Source: Gemmatimonadales bacterium
Lineage (GTDB): Bacteria > Gemmatimonadota > Gemmatimonadetes > Gemmatimonadales > Gemmatimonadaceae
Reading direction: 5' to 3'
Length of the DNA stretch: 64,000 bases
Assembly (NCBI GenBank): GCA_038208605.1
Contig: JBBQYO010000001.1
Span: 1,408-65,407 of the forward strand
In this document: piece by piece, positions 28,033 to 38,251 of the stretch
Position numbering within the stretch: the stretch's first letter is position 1
Layout: every line of letters begins with the position of its first letter
Notes under the pieces: model-generated
What the model saw: only the letters and a program-made list of their open reading frames with translations
Database searches by the model: none
Told to the model about the DNA's origin: nothing
Made by a program: the position numbers and the translations under genes

Positions 28033-28956
28033 TCAGCCCGTGAGACGCGAGGAGCGAACGATCTCAGCCGCAAACTCTTCGAGTCTCGTGAGCGATAACG
28101 GAATTCTCGACAGAAGATTACCCGGATCGAACATCTGGTCGGTCGTCTCGGCGATGATCCCCGAGCTGATCACCCTGCTCACTCCGGGATGAATGCGTTT
28201 CGCCGCAACTGACGCTGCTCGCAACAAGGCGAGAGGAACCGTACTCATCTTGGCTCTCTTTCCGCTTGCCCGCTCGAAGGTTGCGACCACTTGGCGGCCC
28301 GTGAGATTCTCGGGGCCTCCGATCTCGAGGATCTCTCCTCGCGTGCCGAAATCATCGACGACTCGCGTTACGAGCTCCGCCACGTCGCGTGCAGCTACAA
28401 AGTTGCGCGGATTTTTTCCGCCGCCGAACAATGGAACTCGCTTGCCTTGCAGCACCGCTTTACCGATCAGCTCGTACGCGTGCATCTCCATAAACGCGGT
28501 CGGCCTGATGATCGTGAATGCCATCCCGCTGCCCCGAACGTATCTCTCGATGCGTGCCTTCGTCCGCCAGAAGTCTATTGGGTGATCGAGTGACGCCCCA
28601 AAAACCGATGTGAAGATGAAGTTCGCAACACCGAGGCTTTTTGCATTGTCGATCAGCGAGCGCTGCCCTTCGTCATCGACCAGCTCACTCGACGAATCGC
28701 CTTTGCCAAGAATCGAGTGAGTCGCGGAGATGACGGTCGTTACGCCTCTCAACCCGAACTCGAGTGATTCAGGGTCGCGTAAATCGCCCTTTACGATCGC
28801 CGCACCGAGCTTCTTGAGATCGTCGGCTTTCGATTGCATGCGGGTCATCACGCGCACACGATGCCCCGTCTCGAGAAGACGACGGGTTACCAGACTACCG
28901 AGTGTGCCGGTGCCGCCCGTTACCAGAACGAGCGGAGTCGCTGCAGATGCGGTCAG
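28033..28956 (-). CDS. NmrA/atypical SDR oxidoreductase (start uncertain, possibly CTG)
   Basis: LVTGGTGTLG, GDLRD, TK...E, IIRPTAFME, VAARDVA, IGGPE. Confidence 0.88.
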   Translation of the reverse strand: MTASAATPLVLVTGGTGTLGSLVTRRLLETGHRVRVMTRMQSKADDLKKLGAAIVKGDLRDPESLEFGLRGVTTVISATHSILGKGDSSSELVDDEGQRSLIDNAKSLGVANFIFTSVFGASLDHPIDFWRTKARIERYVRGSGMAFTIIRPTAFMEMHAYELIGKAVLQGKRVPLFGGGKNPRNFVAARDVAELVTRVVDDFGTRGEILEIGGPENLTGRQVVATFERASGKRAKMSTVPLALLRAASVAAKRIHPGVSRVISSGIIAETTDQMFDPGNLLSRIPLSLTRLEEFAAEIVRSSRLTG

Positions 28957-29927
28957 TGGCCCCTCACCGCATGCGGCTTGTAGGGCGCCTCGAGTGCGGC
29001 GATTTGATCGTCGCCCAGCTTGACCTCGAGAGCGCGAACCGCTGTTTCGAGATGGTCTATCTTCGTCGCTCCAATGATTGGAGCGACAACTCCAGGACGA
29101 GACAGCAGCCATGCGAGGGCGATCTCTGCCGGCTTCACACCACTGTCGGCCGCGACCCTTCGAGTTGCCTCTATCACGTCGTTGTCGCTCGGAGAATCGT
29201 ACAGTGTTTCGGCGAACTGATCGTTGCCCGCGCGTGTAGTTCCTTCCGTCGCCGAAGGAGTGGTCCTCGCTAAACGGCCGCGCGCGAGGGGCGACCACGG
29301 AATCAAGCCCACGCCCTCCTCGACACAAAGCGGAATCATCTCTCGCTCTTCTTCACGGTAGATCAGGTTGTAGTGATTCTGCATCGTGGTGAACTTCGCC
29401 CATCCCTTTCGCTCCGACAATGACAGCGCCTGCGCCATCTGCCATGCATAACCAGAGCTCGCGCCGATGTAACGCACCTTTCCCTGCGTGACCAATTGAT
29501 CGAGCGCAGAGAGCGTTTCATCGATCGGGACTCTGGAATCGAATCGATGGATCTGGTACAGGTCGATCGTGCTTACTCCAAGCCGTTTAAGGCTCGCCTC
29601 GCACCCCTGCATAACATGCTTCCGCGACAGCCCGCCCATGTTCTGCCCTTCGCCCATGGGAAAGTTGACTTTCGTCGCGAGGACGATCTCCGCCATGTTG
29701 GCCATGTCGCGAAGTGCCCGTCCGGTTACCTCCTCGCTGACTCCCGCCGAGTACATGTCGGCTGTGTCGAAGAAGTTGATCCCGAGGTCGAGTGCCTTCC
29801 TGTAAAATGGGCTGGCATCAGCTTCATCGAGCACCCATGGGCGCCACTTCGAAGTGCCGTAACTCATACATCCAAGGCAGATGCGTGACACCGTCATTCC
29901 CGACCTGCCCAACTGCGCGTATTGCAT
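28953..29927 (-). CDS. aldo/keto reductase
   Basis: LGRSGMTVSRICLGCM, FFDTADMYS.G.SE, IDLYQIHR, GKVRYIG, PWSPLARG. Confidence 0.95.
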   Translation of the reverse strand: MQYAQLGRSGMTVSRICLGCMSYGTSKWRPWVLDEADASPFYRKALDLGINFFDTADMYSAGVSEEVTGRALRDMANMAEIVLATKVNFPMGEGQNMGGLSRKHVMQGCEASLKRLGVSTIDLYQIHRFDSRVPIDETLSALDQLVTQGKVRYIGASSGYAWQMAQALSLSERKGWAKFTTMQNHYNLIYREEEREMIPLCVEEGVGLIPWSPLARGRLARTTPSATEGTTRAGNDQFAETLYDSPSDNDVIEATRRVAADSGVKPAEIALAWLLSRPGVVAPIIGATKIDHLETAVRALEVKLGDDQIAALEAPYKPHAVRGH

Positions 29928-29952
29928 CTTCAGCTCACACCAGAAAATGTCA

Positions 29953-29981
29953 TTGACGAAAAAACCGGGCGCCAATACAAT
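29953..29981 (+). promoter_or_regulatory. putative sigma70 promoter for the lipase gene
   Basis: TTGACG-17 nt-TACAAT. Confidence 0.55.
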
Positions 29982-30012
29982 TTGTTTCCACCTGTCCCCC
30001 GATAAAAGAAAG

Positions 30013-30714
30013 ATGCTCTCAATCTCCCATCTGCGCCGGGCGGCGACTGTCGCCGCGCTCGTGTTTGTCGCTGGCTGTTCGGTCGACAGCGCCACTGGCC
30101 CGAGCACCAGAAAGGCGCTCATCGTACCTCCAGCTCACCACCCGATTCTCTTCGTTCATGGGTGGAACTCGAGCGCGGCTGCATGGAATACGACCGTGAA
30201 CCGCTTTCTCGCCGATGGATGGACGCCGCGCGAGCTCGCGACCTGGAGTTACAAGACATCCCAGTCGAACGCTGTCACCGCGCAGCAGATCAGCGTGAAG
30301 GTCGATTCCATTCTCGCTGCCACAGGAGCCGACAGGGTCGACATCATCACTCACTCCATGGGCTCACTCTCCACTCGCTACTACATCAAGAACCTGGGCG
30401 GCTCCGGCAAGGTCGATGCTGTCGTCACACTCGGCGGACCTGATCACGGAACGAACACAGCGTTTCTTTGCGCGCAGACCGCCTGTGTCGAGATGCGGCC
30501 GGGATCGAGCTTCATCAATACATTGAACAGGCTCGACGAGACACCCGGCTCTCCGAGATATGCAACATGGTGGTCGCCATGCGACGAAGTGATCAATCCG
30601 CTGAAGAGCGCAATTCTCTCCGGCGCGACGAACAATCAGACGTCATGCATGCGCCACTCGGACCTGCACGAGAACAGCACCGTGTACAACCAGTTCAAGG
30701 CCTGGGTGCAATAG
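30013..30714 (+). CDS. secreted lipase (class 2, LipA-like) lipoprotein
   Basis: Lipobox VAGC; PILFVHGW, THSMG nucleophile elbow, D and H of the triad. Confidence 0.88.
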   Translation: MLSISHLRRAATVAALVFVAGCSVDSATGPSTRKALIVPPAHHPILFVHGWNSSAAAWNTTVNRFLADGWTPRELATWSYKTSQSNAVTAQQISVKVDSILAATGADRVDIITHSMGSLSTRYYIKNLGGSGKVDAVVTLGGPDHGTNTAFLCAQTACVEMRPGSSFINTLNRLDETPGSPRYATWWSPCDEVINPLKSAILSGATNNQTSCMRHSDLHENSTVYNQFKAWVQ

Positions 30715-30735
30715 TCGTTTGGCGATTCGCCAATT

Positions 30736-31617
30736 TTGCCGGAGCTTCCCGATGTAACTGTGTACGTCGAGACAATCGCCTCCCATGTTCAGGGGCGAGC
30801 TCTCGAGCGGCTTCGAATCGGGAATCCATTTGTCGTGAGGTCGGTCGATCCACCGATATATGAAGCGGAAGGCAAGATTGTCCGCGACGTGAGGCGGATC
30901 GGCAAGCGCATCGCGATTGGACTCGACGATGATTTGTGGATCGTCGTTCACCTGATGATCGCCGGGCGATTCAGATGGCTTAAACCCGGTGCGAAAATTC
31001 CCGGTAAGCTGGGTCTCGCGTCATTCGACTTCGACAACGGATCGCTGGTGCTTACCGAGGCCGGGTCGACACGACGAGCATCGATCACTCTTGTCCGAGG
31101 GGACGACGCGCTCGCGGAAATAAATCGCGGCGGTGCTGAACCGCTCGAGATCGGCATGACTGCATTTGCCGAACGGCTGCGCCTGGAGAATCACACGCTC
31201 AAGCGCTCCCTGACCGACCCCCGATTGTTCAGCGGAATCGGTAACGCCTACTCCGATGAAATCCTTCATCGTGCACGTCTTTCTCCGGTGAAGCATACGA
31301 ACCGCTTGACCGACAACGAGATAGCTCGGCTATTCGACTCGACTCGCGCCGTGCTGATCGAGTGGACAAACCGGCTCCGCGAAGAGTCGGGTGGCGAATT
31401 TCCCGCCAAGGTCACGGCCTTCCATGACGAGATGGCGGTGCACGGCCGCTTTGGAAAACCCTGTCCTGTCTGCGGCACGCCGGTGCAGCGCATCCGCTAT
31501 GCAAGCAATGAGACCAACTACTGCGCCCGCTGCCAGACTGATGGAAAGCTTCTCGCCGATCGATCGCTCTCCCGCATCCTTCGCCAGGATTGGCCGAAGT
31601 CGATCGACGAGCTCTGA
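30736..31617 (+). CDS. Fpg/Nei family DNA glycosylase
   Basis: MPELPDV, R.GK, HLMIAGR, GIGNAYSDEIL, CPVC...CARC zinc finger. Confidence 0.93.
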   Translation: MPELPDVTVYVETIASHVQGRALERLRIGNPFVVRSVDPPIYEAEGKIVRDVRRIGKRIAIGLDDDLWIVVHLMIAGRFRWLKPGAKIPGKLGLASFDFDNGSLVLTEAGSTRRASITLVRGDDALAEINRGGAEPLEIGMTAFAERLRLENHTLKRSLTDPRLFSGIGNAYSDEILHRARLSPVKHTNRLTDNEIARLFDSTRAVLIEWTNRLREESGGEFPAKVTAFHDEMAVHGRFGKPCPVCGTPVQRIRYASNETNYCARCQTDGKLLADRSLSRILRQDWPKSIDEL

Positions 31618-31620
31618 ATC

Positions 31621-32436
31621 CTAAGCGGGCTTGTTGACTGCTGCAGTCAGCATCTCCGAGAACATGCTGCCGAGTGACTGACCGCCGTCGCAGACCATGA
31701 CGGTGCCGGTTATGAACCGGGCCGAGTCGGAACACAGGAACAAGGCGAGGTCGGCGATCTCCCGCTTTTCGGCGAATCGCCCGAGCGGAATCATCTTCGT
31801 GACGAACGCTCGTGCTTTCTCGTTCGGCGCGAGACGCTTCATTCCTTCGGTGTCGTCGACGGCTCCCGGAGCGATCGAGTTCACACGAATGCCCTGAGGT
31901 CCCCACTCGAGCGCCAGCGTTCGGGTCACCATGTCGACTCCGGCTTTCGCGGCACACACATGAGCCTGCATCGCCATCGGGACGAATGCCTGTGTCGCTG
32001 AGATGTTGACGATCGATGCGCCCGGCTTGCGCAGGTGATCGTACGCAGCGCGACATGTGTTGAAGGTCCCCAGCAGGTCGATGTCGACGACGGCCTTGAA
32101 TCCGTTGGCTGACATTCCCATCGCGGGTGCAGGAAAATTTCCGGCGGCGCCGCAAACGACGATGTCGAGCTCACCGAATTTTTCGCGGGATGCGGCAATC
32201 GCGCCGGCTAGCGCGTCGTATTCGCGAACGTCGGCGGAGAATCCCGCGGCGTTTCCGCCCGCCGCTTGGATTCCGTGCGCAGCGTTGTCCAACTTCTCCT
32301 GCGTCCTGCCGATCAGCGCCACCTTTGCACCCTGCTCTGCGAACCGCTCCGCGATCGCCAGATTGATTCCGCTTCCGCCGCCGGTCACCAGCGCGACTTT
32401 GCCATCGAGAATTCGTTCGCCAAATGCCGTTCCCAT
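31621..32436 (-). CDS. SDR oxidoreductase (2,4-dienoyl-CoA reductase-like)
   Basis: TGGGSGIN, AAGNF, NGFKAVVDIDLLGTFN, HVCAAKAGVD. Confidence 0.9.
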   Translation of the reverse strand: MGTAFGERILDGKVALVTGGGSGINLAIAERFAEQGAKVALIGRTQEKLDNAAHGIQAAGGNAAGFSADVREYDALAGAIAASREKFGELDIVVCGAAGNFPAPAMGMSANGFKAVVDIDLLGTFNTCRAAYDHLRKPGASIVNISATQAFVPMAMQAHVCAAKAGVDMVTRTLALEWGPQGIRVNSIAPGAVDDTEGMKRLAPNEKARAFVTKMIPLGRFAEKREIADLALFLCSDSARFITGTVMVCDGGQSLGSMFSEMLTAAVNKPA

Positions 32437-32465
32437 CCCTGCTCCGTTGGTGAGGTTTACAGTAG

Positions 32466-33620
32466 TTACGACTTGTTCGGAATGCGTGTTCGTCTGATGG
32501 TTTGCCCGGGCGCTTCGTCAGAAAACATTTCTCGCGCTGCCGCACCTGACGCCCTTTCGAGCACGCGGCGGTTCAGCGACAGAACGGTTCCGTTCTCCGT
32601 GTGATTTTCCTCGAGGAGACCGGCCGCGCGTAACACATGCACGTGATGCGAAATGGTCGGCTTCGAGACTCCGAATGCCCGGGCCAGCTCCACGGAGGTC
32701 AGCGGTTTCCTCGCGATCGTCGAAGCAATTGCATAACGAGTGGTGTCCCCAAGCGCGTTGAACACCAGCGAAGGGTTGATCACCATTCGCGTATCGGGCG
32801 ACAATGTCGCGTCGAGCAGCGGAATGAAGAAGCGCGTCTGCCCATCAGCATCTGTATACGCGGCCCAGAGCTTCGCCGTATTGAACGCGGAGGGTATGAC
32901 ATGAATCGCCGCAATCGCATTTCGGTTCACACGTATAGATCCGCTCGCATTCCGTATTTCGTGCGGAGCGATGACGATCGGCAGGCCTGCTGTCTTTGCA
33001 AATTCGGCAGGTCCTTCGATTGCCATTGCCTGGCGAAGACTCCGTGCGCGATCTCTCATTTGGGGCTCGAGGGTGCCCCACGTTTCCGCGAATCCCGATC
33101 CCCAGAACGACATCAGCAGATTGACGACCTCGTCTTTGTATCCGGACGGGTCGTTTACGATCCTTCCGAATGCGGTGACGCTCCGGCTCTTTGCGGAGAA
33201 TGGAAGAAGACCGAGCAGGAAGAGAAGCCGCTCGCAGTTTTTGGGCTCTCTGGAAATCGTCGATGCGAGCGTCTCACCGTTCGACAGGAGGTTATCAACC
33301 GCATCGGGCGTCTTGAACACTCCACTGAGCACAGCACGCTGAAAATCCCCGTCTTTCATCTCGCGAAGCTCTGCCATCATCTCGGTGAAGTCGGGAGCGG
33401 GCGAAATGTCGCGGAGCGAGTCGGCGAGAAGCGGCCAGATGAGCGCCGACGGTGCAACGCGAAGAAGGCTCGACTTGGTCTTTGGCGTAAGCCGGCGCTG
33501 CAGGTCCCGCCGCCAGTTGTTTAGATAATGCGCGGGTGTGCCCTGAAGCGCCTGAATGGCGTAGAACACCTCGAACCTCGGCGTGGCCGCAAAATCGATC
33601 GGGGGAACGGTTTCGGCCAT
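32466..33620 (-). CDS. ArsR/SmtB family regulator with a large N-terminal domain
   Basis: C-terminal FNALGDTTRYAI...ELARAFGVSKPTISHHVHVLRAAGLL. Confidence 0.85.
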   Translation of the reverse strand: MAETVPPIDFAATPRFEVFYAIQALQGTPAHYLNNWRRDLQRRLTPKTKSSLLRVAPSALIWPLLADSLRDISPAPDFTEMMAELREMKDGDFQRAVLSGVFKTPDAVDNLLSNGETLASTISREPKNCERLLFLLGLLPFSAKSRSVTAFGRIVNDPSGYKDEVVNLLMSFWGSGFAETWGTLEPQMRDRARSLRQAMAIEGPAEFAKTAGLPIVIAPHEIRNASGSIRVNRNAIAAIHVIPSAFNTAKLWAAYTDADGQTRFFIPLLDATLSPDTRMVINPSLVFNALGDTTRYAIASTIARKPLTSVELARAFGVSKPTISHHVHVLRAAGLLEENHTENGTVLSLNRRVLERASGAAAREMFSDEAPGQTIRRTRIPNKS

Positions 33621-33622
33621 GA

Positions 33623-33642
33623 GGTTAGATAACGTCCTAACC
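33623..33642. promoter_or_regulatory. inverted repeat, likely the ArsR autoregulatory operator
   Basis: GGTTAG-N8-CTAACC immediately upstream of the ArsR ATG. Confidence 0.5.
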
Positions 33643-35019
33643 CTTTATTTTCAATCCCTCGGAATACCGCTGGCTCTCCAGGAGAAAGAGACCGTTCGTC
33701 GCGTCGATCCGGACCGTGCCATTCTTGCCCACGTCACTCCCAAGCACTCCGTCCAGCGGAATGAACGTCGAAACCTGCGGTGCATAAACGAGCATCTTCC
33801 TGAACAGCAGCCTCTGCCCTGCCATCGACATCCTCATTTCGTCGATGAAGCGACCATGGATAATCTGGATGCCGGCCAGTCCGCCGATCAACCGTCGCTC
33901 ACCTTCGAATGTCCGTGTCTTCGTCTTGCTGACGAGACCTTCCGTTGAATACGTCTCCTGAGCGCCTGTATCGAGGTTGAAGTGGAGCGTCACTCCCTTG
34001 TCGCTCACGAGGCGGACAATTGGCGCGCCTACCCAGAAGAGATTGCGGCCCATCGCTGCCGCCTTGCCACGAAGGGGCTCCGGTTTTGACAGCGTCACCT
34101 TGCCGTTCACATAATCGATCCGTACGTCCATTCTGCTGATGATGTCGAATCCGATGACACCGTCGATGCCGATCGATGCCGGCATATCCCCGCTTTCGCC
34201 GACGCGTACCTGCATCAGATCGGACGACACGATCATCGCCGTCGAATTGCGGATGTCAATTCCGCCAAACTGAATTCGCGCAATCGCGGCCGGCCGGGCA
34301 GGTACGTGTCCCGTCGTCGTCGCCACCTCCAGAGTGTCGCGAACCAGGGCCTTGATTGCGCAGTCTGCCGCCACGTCTGACGAGACAATCGACATGCTCG
34401 AGCCCGTATCGAGCCAGAACACTTTCGGTTTTCCGTTGATCATCACGGTTACCGTCGGCGTGCCCGAAGCCGAGATCAGGAGCGGCAGCACCACGGGAGT
34501 CGAAGGGAACGACACCGATCTCGCTCCAACGTTCTTGAAAGCGGCCGCCCATGACTCGACGTCAGCCTTGTTGATGTCCTCCAAAGCCGAGCTGTCCCTT
34601 TTCGCGCCACTCGTGAGATCGGAGAGGATCTTCCACTTGTCCTGATATTGAAGCATTGCCGTCAGCAGCACGCGCGACGTTGTCTTCACCAGAGAGTCGG
34701 TCGTCGCCAATCCAAGGCTGTCGAGCATGAGCTCGGCCTCATCGGGCTGGCCCGTCATGACCAGTCCCAGGGCGCGCGAAAAGGCGCGCTGGTCATCGCT
34801 AATCGCGTGCTTCGCGGCGTAGCCGGTATCGAGGGCGGACATCGCCTGCCAGAACGTTTTCGCACCCGACGACGTTCGGTTCGACCCTCGCAACGGCGCA
34901 TCGGGATCGATCGAGATGCTCGGCGGAGCATAGATCACGACCGGTTTTGGTGGCGGCAAGCGGCAAGCGAGAGCCCCCGCAACCGAGACGGCGACGACAC
35001 CTAAGAACAGATTTCTCAT
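33637..35019 (-). CDS. tandem retropepsin-like aspartyl protease lipoprotein
   Basis: Lipobox ALAC; FWLDTGSS...DGVIG.D and FNLDTGAQ...DGVLG.D. Confidence 0.85.
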   Translation of the reverse strand: MRNLFLGVVAVSVAGALACRLPPPKPVVIYAPPSISIDPDAPLRGSNRTSSGAKTFWQAMSALDTGYAAKHAISDDQRAFSRALGLVMTGQPDEAELMLDSLGLATTDSLVKTTSRVLLTAMLQYQDKWKILSDLTSGAKRDSSALEDINKADVESWAAAFKNVGARSVSFPSTPVVLPLLISASGTPTVTVMINGKPKVFWLDTGSSMSIVSSDVAADCAIKALVRDTLEVATTTGHVPARPAAIARIQFGGIDIRNSTAMIVSSDLMQVRVGESGDMPASIGIDGVIGFDIISRMDVRIDYVNGKVTLSKPEPLRGKAAAMGRNLFWVGAPIVRLVSDKGVTLHFNLDTGAQETYSTEGLVSKTKTRTFEGERRLIGGLAGIQIIHGRFIDEMRMSMAGQRLLFRKMLVYAPQVSTFIPLDGVLGSDVGKNGTVRIDATNGLFLLESQRYSEGLKIKG

Positions 35020-35129
35020 GCTTCCCGGACCGTCCACCGCACCCCTTGGATTTCCAGGCTCTAATATGGAGAACTGTTTGCGTTAATGCCCCGTATAATT
35101 CATGCAGGCAACGATCACTTAACGAGACT

Positions 35130-35549
35130 ATGACAGACAAAATTCACAAGACTGACGAAGAGTGGCAGAAGCAGCTCTCTCCCGAGCAGTTTCGCGTCGC
35201 CCGCAAGGCGGGTACTGAGCGGGCCTTCACCGGCGAGTACAATGCGTCGCAAGAGCCCGGCATCTACAACTGCGTTTGCTGCGGCAACGCTCTTTTCGAT
35301 TCCGATGACAAGTTTGAATCAGGAACCGGTTGGCCGAGCTTCACGCGGCCAGTCGCTCAGGAAAATGTTGAGACGGAGACCGATTCCACATTCTTCATGA
35401 AGCGCACCGAAGTTCTATGCGGTCGCTGCGATGCGCATCTGGGGCACGTGTTCGACGATGGTCCGGCTCCAACCGGCCTTCGCTATTGCATCAACTCTGC
35501 GTCGCTGGACAAGACCGACAAGACCGACAAGACCGGGAAACCGGCCTAG
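35130..35549 (+). CDS. msrB: peptide-methionine (R)-S-oxide reductase
   Basis: [45 protein letters not shown]. Confidence 0.97.
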   Translation: MTDKIHKTDEEWQKQLSPEQFRVARKAGTERAFTGEYNASQEPGIYNCVCCGNALFDSDDKFESGTGWPSFTRPVAQENVETETDSTFFMKRTEVLCGRCDAHLGHVFDDGPAPTGLRYCINSASLDKTDKTDKTGKPA

Positions 35550-37219
35550 CTCTTCTTTCTGCGCCCGGCTTTTTTCGCCGGGCGCCTTGTCTTTCTGGAC
35601 CTGGGCGTCGTCGCCGGTTTCGGCCTGGTTGTCACTGCCGCTGCTCTTGGTCGGGGCCGCGGAGCCAGCGGTGGCAGCACGGTTGCACCTCCCTCTCCCG
35701 CGATGACGATCGGGCTTTCATTACCCGTTCGATCGACTGCCGACACGGCAACTTCGTCAGGCTGAGCTGAGCTCCTCCCGCCTGCGAACATGTGCGTCAT
35801 CTGCGTTCCGGGAAGAAGGACAGTCGACCACTCGGGACCCGTTCGGTACCGAAGCACCCACCTCCAGATTTTTTCGGATCCCTGCGGTGTCATGTCAACG
35901 CGTATCGCACCGGTCGCCGAATCACGCCTGAGCTGCACGAGTGGCGCCCGAGGCGGAATGCTGTCGAGCCATGGCGAAGCCGGCACGAGCGCAGGCCCGG
36001 CGTAAGGCCCACCGACGAGCTTTTCATCTATGCTGTCGCGATCGAGCATCAGGACTTTCGCGCTGAAGTGAACGTTGCCGCTCGCGCCCGCTTCCATTCG
36101 TGTCGCTGATATCTGGTCAAGGATCTCCTGAGCTTTCCATGCGGTCGGGCCGTTCTCTCCGACCTTCGCGGTGAAGTTTCCAGGCCAGATGTTGCGGCCT
36201 TTCGTGTTTTGTGAAATCCACCATCTCAACAGAACAGGATAGCTCTGTTCCTGTTTTGACACCGCCCAGTAGAGCTGAGGAGTGAAGTAGTCCACCCACC
36301 CTTCATTGAGCCATTTCCGCGAATCAGCGTACAGCTCGGCGTATGAATCGAACCCTTTGATCTGATCGGGAAATCCCGGTCTCCAGATGCCGAACGGACT
36401 GATCCCGAACTTCACGTACGGCTTGGCCGCCTTGATTGCAGCGTAGGTGTCCCTGATGAACGTGTCGACATTGCTCCGCCGCCAATCGTCACGGCTCAGC
36501 TTTCCACCCAACGCCACGTACCGGGTCCATGTAATACCGTCCGGAAACTCGATGGTGTTTCCTCGCGAATCCTTTTCCTTGTACGGATAGAAGTAGTCAT
36601 CGATGTGCACTCCGTCGATGTCATATCGCCTTACCACGTCGATCACGACATCGGTCGACAATCTCCGAACCGCCGAGTCGCCCGGGTCCATCCATAGATG
36701 GGTGCCGTAGGCGCGAACGAGGTCTGGCCGTGTATTGCTGATATGCGTTCCCGCAACTTGCGATTTGCTCGACGGATGAAGCGCGCGATACGGATTGAAC
36801 CACGCATGCAGCTCGAGTCCGCGTTTGTGAGCTTCCGTCACCGCGAATTCGAGTGGGTCGTAGTACGGCTCGGGCGGTCGTCCCATTTGTCCGGTGATGT
36901 ATTCGGTCCATGGCTCGATGTTCGATGAATAAAGAGCGTCGGCCGCCGGTCTGACCTGCAGGACGACGGCATTCATGTTCAGCGCCACTGCCTTGTCGAG
37001 AATCGCGATCATTTCAGCCTGCTGTTGCCAGGTACTCAGGCCCGGCTTTGAAGGCCAGTCGATGTTGGATACAGTCGCTACCCACACAGCGCGAAACTCA
37101 CGCGCGATTTCGGGCGGCTCGGGAGACTGCGCCGGGAGAGAGCCGGCCGCGAAAAGTGAAACGGAAAGTGCAAGAAATGATGCTCTGCTTCGCGGATTGT
37201 ATAAACGCATGGGGGTCAA
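35546..37219 (-). CDS. GHL10 (YddW/DigH-like) glycoside hydrolase, second paralogue
   Basis: [40 protein letters not shown]; basic C-terminal tail. Confidence 0.9.
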   Translation of the reverse strand: MTPMRLYNPRSRASFLALSVSLFAAGSLPAQSPEPPEIAREFRAVWVATVSNIDWPSKPGLSTWQQQAEMIAILDKAVALNMNAVVLQVRPAADALYSSNIEPWTEYITGQMGRPPEPYYDPLEFAVTEAHKRGLELHAWFNPYRALHPSSKSQVAGTHISNTRPDLVRAYGTHLWMDPGDSAVRRLSTDVVIDVVRRYDIDGVHIDDYFYPYKEKDSRGNTIEFPDGITWTRYVALGGKLSRDDWRRSNVDTFIRDTYAAIKAAKPYVKFGISPFGIWRPGFPDQIKGFDSYAELYADSRKWLNEGWVDYFTPQLYWAVSKQEQSYPVLLRWWISQNTKGRNIWPGNFTAKVGENGPTAWKAQEILDQISATRMEAGASGNVHFSAKVLMLDRDSIDEKLVGGPYAGPALVPASPWLDSIPPRAPLVQLRRDSATGAIRVDMTPQGSEKIWRWVLRYRTGPEWSTVLLPGTQMTHMFAGGRSSAQPDEVAVSAVDRTGNESPIVIAGEGGATVLPPLAPRPRPRAAAVTTRPKPATTPRSRKTRRPAKKAGRRKKS

Positions 37220-37309
37220 TGTTTCAGAGGTGTGGCGGCTTGACGGAAGGAGCGAATGCGGGCAGAATTGTCACTTCGAAAATGGCTTAAATACCTCAGG
37301 AGAATCCAC

Positions 37310-38194
37310 ATGAAGATGGACATGCGCTTTCTATCACTGGCGGCTGTTGTGAGCGTCGCCGGGTGTTCCGTGAAAGAGGCGCCGAAAACACCAGATACCG
37401 CCGGAGCAGCATCTGCGCCGGCGCCGGCTGCTGCCGCAGCACCCAACGTCGTTAACGTAGTCACGAGCGACTACAAGTTCGACATGCCTGCCGAGATTCC
37501 TGCGGGAATGACGACGTTCCATTTGACCGACGGCGGTAAGGAGCCTCATCAGGCAAGCCTCATCAAGCTCGACAGCGGCAAGACGCTCGACGACATGATG
37601 ACGGGAATGAAGAATATGAAGCCGGGCGAAGCGCCTCCTGGGTGGATCATGGTGGCGGGCGGACCGAATGCCGTTGCTCCCGGCGGCGTAGTCGATCTGA
37701 CGATGAACATGGCCGCGGGCAATTACGCTGTCGTTTGCTTTATACCAGATGCGAAGGGCGTTCCACACATGATGAAGGGAATGACGAAGGCTCTCACTGT
37801 CACGGCGAGCACGACCGCCGCCGCTCCTGAGCCGGCGTCGGATGTCAACGTTACGCTCTCGGATTACAAGTTTGACTTTTCGACTCCTCTTACCGCCGGC
37901 AAGCATACTCTCAAGATCACAACGGCCGCCGGCCAGCCGCACGAGTTCACGCTTTTTCAGCTGATGCCAGGCAAGACTGCAGCCGATGTTTCAAAGTATT
38001 TCGATGGCGGAATGAAGGGTCCGCCGCCAGCGATGCCGCTCGGTGGTGTTGCAGGCATGGGTGCGGGACAGACGGCATTCTTCCCGGTCGACCTCAAAGC
38101 GGGCGAATACGCCCTCGTCTGCTTCCTTCCTGACGGCAAGGACGGAAAGCCTCATTACGTGCACGGTATGATTCAGGCGATCAAGATCGCCTGA
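37310..38194 (+). CDS. lipoprotein with two cupredoxin-like domains
   Basis: AGGAG RBS, lipobox VAGC; EPH...CFIPDAKGVPHMMKGM and QPH...CFLPDGKDGKPHYVHGM. Confidence 0.72.
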   Translation: MKMDMRFLSLAAVVSVAGCSVKEAPKTPDTAGAASAPAPAAAAAPNVVNVVTSDYKFDMPAEIPAGMTTFHLTDGGKEPHQASLIKLDSGKTLDDMMTGMKNMKPGEAPPGWIMVAGGPNAVAPGGVVDLTMNMAAGNYAVVCFIPDAKGVPHMMKGMTKALTVTASTTAAAPEPASDVNVTLSDYKFDFSTPLTAGKHTLKITTAAGQPHEFTLFQLMPGKTAADVSKYFDGGMKGPPPAMPLGGVAGMGAGQTAFFPVDLKAGEYALVCFLPDGKDGKPHYVHGMIQAIKIA

Positions 38195-38212
38195 ACCGGG
38201 CATCATGATGTG

Positions 38213-38248
38213 AAGCGAGCCCGCGAAGTGTTCTGCGGGCTCGTTTTG
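38213..38248 (+). terminator. intrinsic terminator
   Basis: CGAGCCCGC/GCGGGCTCG stem followed by TTTT, between convergent genes. Confidence 0.75.
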
Positions 38249-38251
38249 TAT

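Noticed and set aside
35508-35535. GACAAGACC x3 at the msrB 3' end
   Set aside because: A small in-frame slippage (DKT x3) after the catalytic domain, with no sign of function.
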